Of a stretch of DNA of 64,000 nt, positions 56,505-64,000 are shown piece after piece. Numbering within the stretch: the stretch's first letter is position 1; every line of letters begins with the position of its first letter. Position numbers and translations under genes: made by a program. The stretch comes from Moniliella sp. 'wahieum'. Lineage: Eukaryota. The stretch lies in assembly GCA_003971905.1 (NCBI GenBank), contig RSEE01000015.1, forward strand, positions 496,001 to 560,000, read 5' to 3'. The notes beneath the pieces are model-generated. The model searched no databases. It was not told the origin of the DNA and saw only the letters and a program-made list of their open reading frames with translations.

Positions 56505-57579
56505 ATGGGAAAGAAGACCCACCAGAACGCCCAAGCCGCGCAGGACGAGTCGTCGACGACTTTGAAGCAGGTGCGTTTTGTTCCGTTTGTTCCCAACCCG
56601 GCCGTACGCTGTTTTACCAGGCGGAAGGAGGAATTCTCCAGTTGGGCTATACTAACGCATTTTTGTACGTTGGGCGTTTAGGCCGGAGGTGTTCTGTTCC
56701 AGTCGGCCGAGCCTGTGCTCGCTGCAACGGCCGAGCAGGTCCGTCTGCCGCACGTGACATCCAAGCTGTGGACGCGCGAGGCGTGGGAGCGTGCCAAGCC
56801 GTGGGTGATGGAGCAACGGCAGAAGCTAGAGGACCAGCACTGGACGCAAGCGGACCATTTGCGTACGGAACTATTTGCGCTGCGTAAGCCTGCGCCTTCG
56901 TCGGCGGATACAGAGGATGGGTACATGTACATCCACATGCCGCAAGTGGATTGATTTTATCCGATCGGGCAAGACGGAGGAAGACCGTGCGGCCGAAGAG
57001 GCCGCCAAGGGTCATCGTCACCACCGCGTCCAGCACCGTCGTCATGCGCCCTCGTACGGGATGGCCTCAGCGGATATTTGGCGTGTGCGGGTGGAGCAGT
57101 CGGAGGAGCATGAGGCTACCGTCTTGCTCGATGCCGAAGAGCCGTTGGAAACGATGTTTTACCTCCTGATGTGCCTCCAGCCTGGTCTGGCGCGCCTGCA
57201 CGCCCAGTGCACCAATGTGGTCCAACCGGGCACGAAAGAGGTCGACGTGCATCGCGAGGGCGATGCTCCGTCCATCCGGATTCGCGCCATGGTGGCCGAC
57301 AAGGAATCCTACGTCCGTCTCCTCCCGCCCGCGTACTGGGTCAAGCGTAACGCTCAACAGCTCGTCAAGATTCTGGGCCAAGCTGAGTATGACGCGACGC
57401 TTGCCGCCGCCGAGGACGAAGCGCGCTCGACCCAGCGCACCGTGACCAATGTGGTGGCCCGGGCATGGGAAGAGGCGCTTCCGCCCGAGCCCAAGAAAGA
57501 TAAGAAGAAGTCTAAGAAAGTCCACCGACCCTCGGTGGCCATCCAAGAGGCCGCCCAGCCCGCCGTTGCTGCCGCTTGA
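56505..57579 (+). CDS. Hypothetical protein (about 320 aa)
   Basis: MGKKTHQNAQ...TLKQ|AGGVLFQ across in-frame intron 56571-56681 (GTGCGT, CTAAC, TTTAG). Strong GC3 bias, a frameshift near 56950, and a K-rich C-terminus. Confidence 0.7.
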
Positions 57580-59697
57580 TCGGATCCGCGGCTCTCGGTG
57601 GGCGTATACCCCTCATTTTGGGGCGGGTTCTCTTTCCCCTCTCTCAGCATAATCGAGCTGTCCGGCCACCATCTGGTGCCTCAGTGGCTGTGATCCCACT
57701 GGCACCCGTTGGCTCTCTCTGGCATTTGTTTATTCCCCTCTCTACTTTGAATGTTGACTGTTGTGCCAATAAACTGTAAACGCCATCAACGATTACGACT
57801 CTATTTTGCCAATATGATTGTCTCTTCCGTGTGTGCTGTTTGTGGGAGGGGGGGTATGTCATTGTAGCAGTTCTGTCTTTCGTTTCCAAGCCAGAGAGGC
57901 CACGCGAATGAATTCGGATATGTGGTCGTGCGATATGTCATTTTTTCGATGGGCTTTTGCTACCAGTCGCCTATAGAGGAAGGTCGGCTGGAGGAGAACA
58001 TGAAAACAATGTGTACTGGTTTTAACGATTGACGCAGCAACGGAAGGTGCTTGATGAATGCGGACACTCCTGATATGAGGGGTTGTGAATCGGCGATTTA
58101 CTGGATAAGCTCAGCTCAGACCCCCCTAATCCTGTTGATCGACTGCGATTACGCCGATTACCGCGGGCTGTTCGGACGGGAAAGGTGGAAAAATGGGTGA
58201 ACTTTTGACAAGCTTGAAGCTTGACAGCCTTGTGGGCGCGGGGCATGAGGGTATGAGCGAGCTTCTTCGGTTGATCCAGTGCGGCATGCGAGGGCTTGCA
58301 GAGTGCTTCTGTCGTTCTACTGGGGGCGGACGCGCGTGGACGGGTACGTGCGCGTGGCGCGCTTGTACATGGATCTGTCAATAGCAGCTCCTCGGCTGCA
58401 ATACAAGAGAGGTCCAAATGACCAAGAGCCGAGGAGCGTCTGAGCTCCGCTTGGAATGGGGCAAGCACCATGGCAGCAGAGACGGCAGGGTTAGATCTTA
58501 GATAGCGTCAGATCTCAGATGCGCTACATTGAAGGCAGCCCACCCTCGATCTCACCCAGTCGTGCCCACAGTCGTGCCAGCGTCGTGCCCAGGCGGGGCT
58601 TGGCCAGTGCGTGGCCAGGCATGCAACACAACACCCGCACCGCCAAGCCTGCGTGCAGGCCGCACTAGGCCGCACTCTGCCCCCGGCCTCGCTATGGCTG
58701 CTGCGGCGCGCTGCGGCCGTGCGCGAGCAGCCACGGAACACGTTGGCAGCGCCGCAGGCAAGCCCAAATCTACAGCTGTATGGCTCCACTGCGGGCGCCT
58801 GCCCAGTGTGCTTCGGCCATGCTCCGTCCTGCACAGCGCCCAGGTGCCTCCGGGGCGCCGATCCAGCGCCGATCGGCCGTTGACACGGCCCGCATGCCGG
58901 GGCCTGCCACCGCCAGCGGCGGCTGCAGAACGCCTGCAGAACTTTATTCGTTCCCCTTTGTATGCTTGGCCACTGGCCACTGCTGCACGTACTGATCGAA
59001 CGGCCGTCGGCGCCACGGCAGAGAGTTCCTAGAAGCCTCGCACCAGGCCACAGCCGCAGCCAAGGCAGGCGCCTCCTCGCATGTCGCATGTCGGCCTGCT
59101 GCAGCAGGCAAGAGTGGCCGACTGGTGACTAGGGGCGAGGAACCGGTGACGCGCCGGCCGGTGCCGGCCGCGCACAGTAGCCGGGCTCAGATGGCACAGG
59201 GACAGTGTGCAGCCGGCCGCGCTCGCGCGGCTGAGCGCCGATGCAGATGCAGGGCTCCTGCTGGCTCCTGCTGGCTGGAGCTGCGTGTGCAGCACCAACA
59301 CCCGCCCGATTGGCCCGGCGCCACACCACACTGCGCACCTGCCGCTGAGGCGCGCACTCGCCCCCTGGCCCCCATGCGCACCTCGTACGGCGACAGTGGC
59401 GCGGCCGCCGTGTGCTGTCGTGCCCCCCGCCCCCCTCGGGCACCTGGCCAGCGTCGCCTGCCCCAGTCAAATCCACCCTCCGCGCGCGCCCAGCAGCACC
59501 CCCCGCCCAGCCCAACCCGCTCGCCCGTGGGCTCCTTGGGCTTTAACCCCCGAGCCAGCATAGATCTCCCACTCCTCCTCCCCCCACCACCCTAACCTCG
59601 CTCCTCCCCGCCGCCCGTAGCGTCACGCGCCGGATCGTGTGTCCTCTGCCCCCTGCACCACCATCCCTGCACCACCACCCCACGCTCTCTACTCGCC

Positions 59698-60974
59698 ATG
59701 AAGTCCACTCTCCTTACCTCCTCTCCTCTCCCCACTCCAGTGCGCTGGCTGGCCACCACGCGCCCCAGCGCCGTGCTGTTGGTGGCCACTACCAGCGCCG
59801 TACCCCCGCCCCCCGCCCGGGCCGCCACGAGTACATTGCCAACAACGCCACCCTTTCTGCCCAGGTCGCTGCCCGTGGCATCCAGGGCCAGGCCACCTTC
59901 TACCACCCTGCCAGCGAGGGCCCTAGCCCTGTTGGCAGCTGCGGCACGCTCATGAACGACAACACGGTCCGTATTCTCTCTCCCTCTCCATCTCGTTTGC
60001 TCATTTGTGGTGCCCAGGACCTGGGTCCGGTGCGCCGACCACCGTGGCTCCCGTCCTGGACTCGTCAGCTGCACGCTTGCTGACTCTCCTGTTGTGCGAT
60101 TGGTGGTGGTGGTGCCGTTTGTTTAATTCAGATGGGTGTCGCTCTTGCCACGCCCGGCTACGACTACTTTGCCAAGCAGGGCATCAGCCGTGACGAGCTC
60201 TGCTCCAAGACCATCACCATCAAGGGTATTCTCGGCAGCCAAAAGGCGCGCATCATGGACGAGTGCCCCGAGTCGCGTACGTATACTTGCCTCACTATCT
60301 GACTGCCTTGCCCGTGGATAGCGGCGCATCCAACTCTCGTACTGACACCGCTTCGCTTGCTCCGTCTGGCAGCTTCGACCAAGACCTGCCTCAACGCTTG
60401 CGACATTGACCTGACGTACGGCCTGTTTGGCAAGCTGGCCGAACACGTGCTGGGCATCTTCAAAGTCGAATGGTCCTTTGATGACGGTACGCCTTCCCCC
60501 TGCGGTCCTAGCAGCGGCAATGCTGCCCATGCGGCGCAGGCCAAGTCGTCCGCGTCAGCATCGTCATCGGCATCGTCTTCGGCAGCCAAGCAAGTGGAGA
60601 ACAAGGTTGCGCACGCTGCTTCGTCAGTTTCCGCCTCTGCCTCCGCCAAGGCTTCGGACGCGGCCAAGACGCTGGCCACGTACAATGCCACGCTCGAGTG
60701 GTGGGACGTGATTGATCCCGAGTGGTGCCCTGGGATCCAGACGCCCAAGGATACCATCACGGTCGCCATTGGTCCCTCCAAGGCGTACCCGAATGAGAAG
60801 CTGCAAGACTCGTGTGGCAAGTGGATCACCATCGTCACGGACGACGGCAAGAAGACCAAGGCGCAGGTGGTCGAGTGGGTCCCCGACACGACGGAGAACT
60901 TTATTGCGGTTGGGTCGGAGTACAATAAGATTGTCACCTCGTCGGCATCGGTCAAATGGGGCTTTGATGCCTAA
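59698..60974 (+). CDS. Expansin-like/loosenin-like protein with two RlpA-type double-psi beta-barrel domains
   Basis: GQATFYHP...GSCG...VAL...LCSKTITI...ARIMDECPE...DIDLTYGLFGKL...VEWSF (introns 59967-60131 and 60277-60372, both in frame), an S/A linker, then a second domain TVAIG...SCGKWITI...KAQVVEWV...VKWGF. The signal region is frameshifted. Confidence 0.82.
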
Positions 60975-61765
60975 CGTTCCATCTCTCTGTTGGCGCGTCC
61001 GTTCGTTCCGATTTCCATTCCAATTCCCTTTCCAATTCCCGTTCCTATAACGTCTTGCCCCTGGCCCGCCGGGTTTTTGCCCTGCCACCCGGGCCAGAGG
61101 ATCGGCAAGCTGGTCTTGTGCTCTTTCCTTTCTGCTCTTTTCTTCTCCCAAGGATACCTCATCTTGGCACTCGCATCGACGTTTTATTTTCTAGTTTTCT
61201 TGTGCGGTGCGAGTGCTGGTGATCCGGTCTCATTGTCTTTCTTTGCAGCCCGGTCCCTTTTCCTCTTGCCTTGCATGATGCATCATTTGATGGGAGCAAT
61301 GGGATCTTGCAATCTATCCTCCATCTAATTCGCTCCATCTCAGTTGGATGAACGTAGCTTAGCATAGTTCAGCTTAGCTTAGCGTTTCGAAGGCTCTCAG
61401 CTTGCCAACAGAAACACAGCGAGTTGGGGCGCCAAGATAGTGGCCCACTAGGGAGGGGTTAAGTGGCCCTCGCCTCTCCAAATCCCAACTCACCTTGGCA
61501 TTCTGTATTACCAATCAGCTGACCTACCTGAATCCTAGCCCAGTCGTACACTGCACCCCTATACCGTTTGGCCCCAACTGCCGCGTTCACGGTACGTCGC
61601 CACTCGGCGGCACACACCACACACCTGCGTCACTAGTCACTTGAGCAACTTGAACAATCAATTTCTGTCTACTTCCTCGCACCAAGCAAGGGAGGGAGAC
61701 AAAGAAAGTCTTGGTCTTGGTCTTAATCTTAGGCGTCGAGGTTACGACGTTCCTAGGTTACTAAG

Positions 61766-62518
61766 TTACTCGTGGTGGCCGTACTTGAGCAAGCCAGCCT
61801 TAGACGCGCGGAAGTGGTTGTCGGCCTTGGACCATTCGAGCACACCATAGTACAGCAAGCAAGCCGGTACCACCGCCCACGCTTGGCGGCCCGCACGAAT
61901 GACGAACCACTTGGCGTGGTCACGGATCATGTGCCGCGTGATGCTCACCTGGTTCGGCGACAAGGCTGAAAAAATGCAACAAAAGAGAAGACCAACGTTA
62001 GCCACCCAGCCTACCAAGAGGTACCCATCCCAAGGCCGCAGGCGTATGGAGGGGGAGCATGGCGCCGCAGAGGGCATCCAAGGGCGACAGGGAAAGGAGG
62101 GGGGGGCAATAAGCTTGCAAGGCCAATCAAGGACCAGCACCGGAGCCCCCCCCTTACATTACGGACCCAGCCACCCTGCCCACCGCAGCGCAGGCCGTGT
62201 CCAAAGGCGCCCGCGACGTAGGGGAAAGAAAGGACATACTGTAGGTGATGATACCACGCTGAGCCTGGCCGACCTGGCCGTAACCAGAGATGTTGCCCAC
62301 CATCCGAGCTAGACGCACAAGCAGCGTACGAGAGAAGAGAGGCGGCAGAGGTCAGTGGACACACTCAACAGAGAAGGTGCGGAAGGATGGGGCCAACGGG
62401 CCAACGCAGGCAGGAAGCACGGAAGCCAAGGCGGGGCACAGGGAGGGAAGATACGTACCCACTTGACGTACTTGGGCGCCGGGGGGCCGCCGCTGAGAGA
62501 AGGCTTCGAGGGCTGCAT
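61766..62518 (-). CDS. QCR8: Cytochrome bc1 complex subunit 8
   Basis: Three exons (introns 62309-62458 and 61966-62239): MQPSKPSLSGGPPAPKYVKW|LGWWGN...QRGIITY|TLSPNQ...RAGRQAWAVVPACLLYYGVLEWSKADNHFRASKAG. Needs one extra G in a homopolymer at about 62297. Confidence 0.88.
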
Positions 62519-64000
62519 CGGGGCGAGAGGGGGCGGGGGAGGAGGTGGAGGTGGAGGTGGAGGTGGAGGAAGGGCAGAGCGCGGCCAACTCTCAGCTGCG
62601 CGGCGTTTGCCGTTTCCTGGCGATTCCTGCCACCCGGGCCTGCCCACACCGCCCGCCGCGCTCCGAACACCCGCCGGCCGCACGCCGCCAGTCCCGCCCC
62701 AGCCATTATTAATGGCAGCCAGCTCAGGTGTCGTGTGAAATCTTTCAGTGCCATCGGTCACGTGATACCTCGCTCACTTGGCCACTTGTAACCACAGCGT
62801 AACCAGAATGCGTCGTCATTAACGTCATTGCACATTGCCCACCCAAGTGCATAATGGGGGTCAGCAACCGGTCGGCAGTCGAGCGGAGGCGCTGCTCTCC
62901 CCTTCACACGAGTAGCTGCGCGCCCACAGGAGCTTATGGACACGAAGTAAGAGTACTGGCAAGCCCAGCCATTCTTGCCAACACAGCAGGGCAAAATGTA
63001 CCCCCCCCAACAGGCCTACTCTCCCAACTTGATAATGCAGGTACTGCATGACGGACTCTGGCGTAACGCGTAACGTTGGACCAAGGTCTCGATGAGCGTG
63101 GGAGCATCGATCACTCCAAGCGTCATGCATCAAGCGCTTGACCTACCATTGTTCCCCCAAACGTCGCGCACGTCATGACGCGGCATGCGGGGCACGTTCG
63201 CACATTTGCTACTTATAGAATTCGGGGAGAGGGTGGGGAGGGGGGGGGCAAGGTCCTATAGCGTGGGGTACCAGGGAGATTGGTCATGGCAATGGCCTGA
63301 AGACTATATATAGCTGCCTGCCGTATACTCTACCGTGACGGAGCGTGAGACGGTACGGACCGTACTATTTTTGGTGCGGCGGTCCCAGCCTAACATGAAC
63401 CGTGAGAGTTTGCGTGGGAGCAGGCTCAAAACAGCGCTCATACTCACAGCTCAGAGAGGTGCTCATCGATCATTCTGCTGCGTCTACTTTTCCCTCCGCG
63501 GGACACGGTAACGCTTGAGAAGCTTGAGTGAAGGTGAAGGCTTGAAGCTTGACGCTTAATGCTTGAAGGATCCCCTCGGGTCCGCCAGGAAGGACACTGG
63601 ACTGAGCAAGTGCGCACTTAGCGCCCCAGCAGCACGGGCAATGCGATTGGGTGGGCACAAGAGGCTGGGACGGCGGCTGTGGGGAGTCTTATTATGCACC
63701 CCTTGGGAAGCTTGAGCTTGAGCAGGCGGAAAGAAGTGTCGAAAGGGAAAATAGAGGCTGGGAGAGGTCAGCACTGAGAGAGCCGGCGCGGCGTTAAATT
63801 GCGCGGTCGACGGCGGGGACGAGAGAGCAGGAGGAAAGGCAGTGCCAGGCGGGCCTGATCGGTCCACCCGGCCTTGAGGCTCAGGCTCAGGGCGCAGCAG
63901 CGAGCCAACGCGGGCGAGGTCGAACGAAGAGGCTGAAATCGAGTTGCGCCTCACCTGACCGGGCGGGCTGGGGGCAGTGTGTGGCGTTGAGCTGTCGCGC

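Noticed and set aside
61966..62239. Long QCR8 intron as a snoRNA host
   Set aside because: No convincing C/D or H/ACA boxes seen.

Overview
A 64 kb, GC-rich, intron-poor fungal genomic window, most likely basidiomycete (short GT-AG introns with CTRAC branch sites, SERCA-type pump, DUF6533-like protein, basidiomycete-style Snf5). Recognisable genes: pyruvate carboxylase, ribosomal protein uS2/S0, SERCA-type Ca2+-ATPase, a rhodopsin-family protein, a DUF6533-like membrane protein, RNase T2, a bHLH factor, an SNG1/DUF3533 membrane protein, an IQM-like protein, mitochondrial phosphate carrier, Snf5, Vps68, a two-domain expansin-like (DPBB) protein, Qcr8, and several hypothetical or small secreted proteins. 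Most long CDSs carry frameshifts that look like long-read deletion errors, so gene boundaries are approximate. The most striking unexplained signal is non-coding. The intergenic DNA is full of a 7-bp-period grammar, TNA-[4-bp palindrome]-TNA (e.g. TGA AGCT TGA, TCA TCGA TCA CCGG TCA TCGA TCA). I saw 15 of the 16 possible palindromic cores, often mixed within one in-phase array, which simple microsatellite slippage does not explain.
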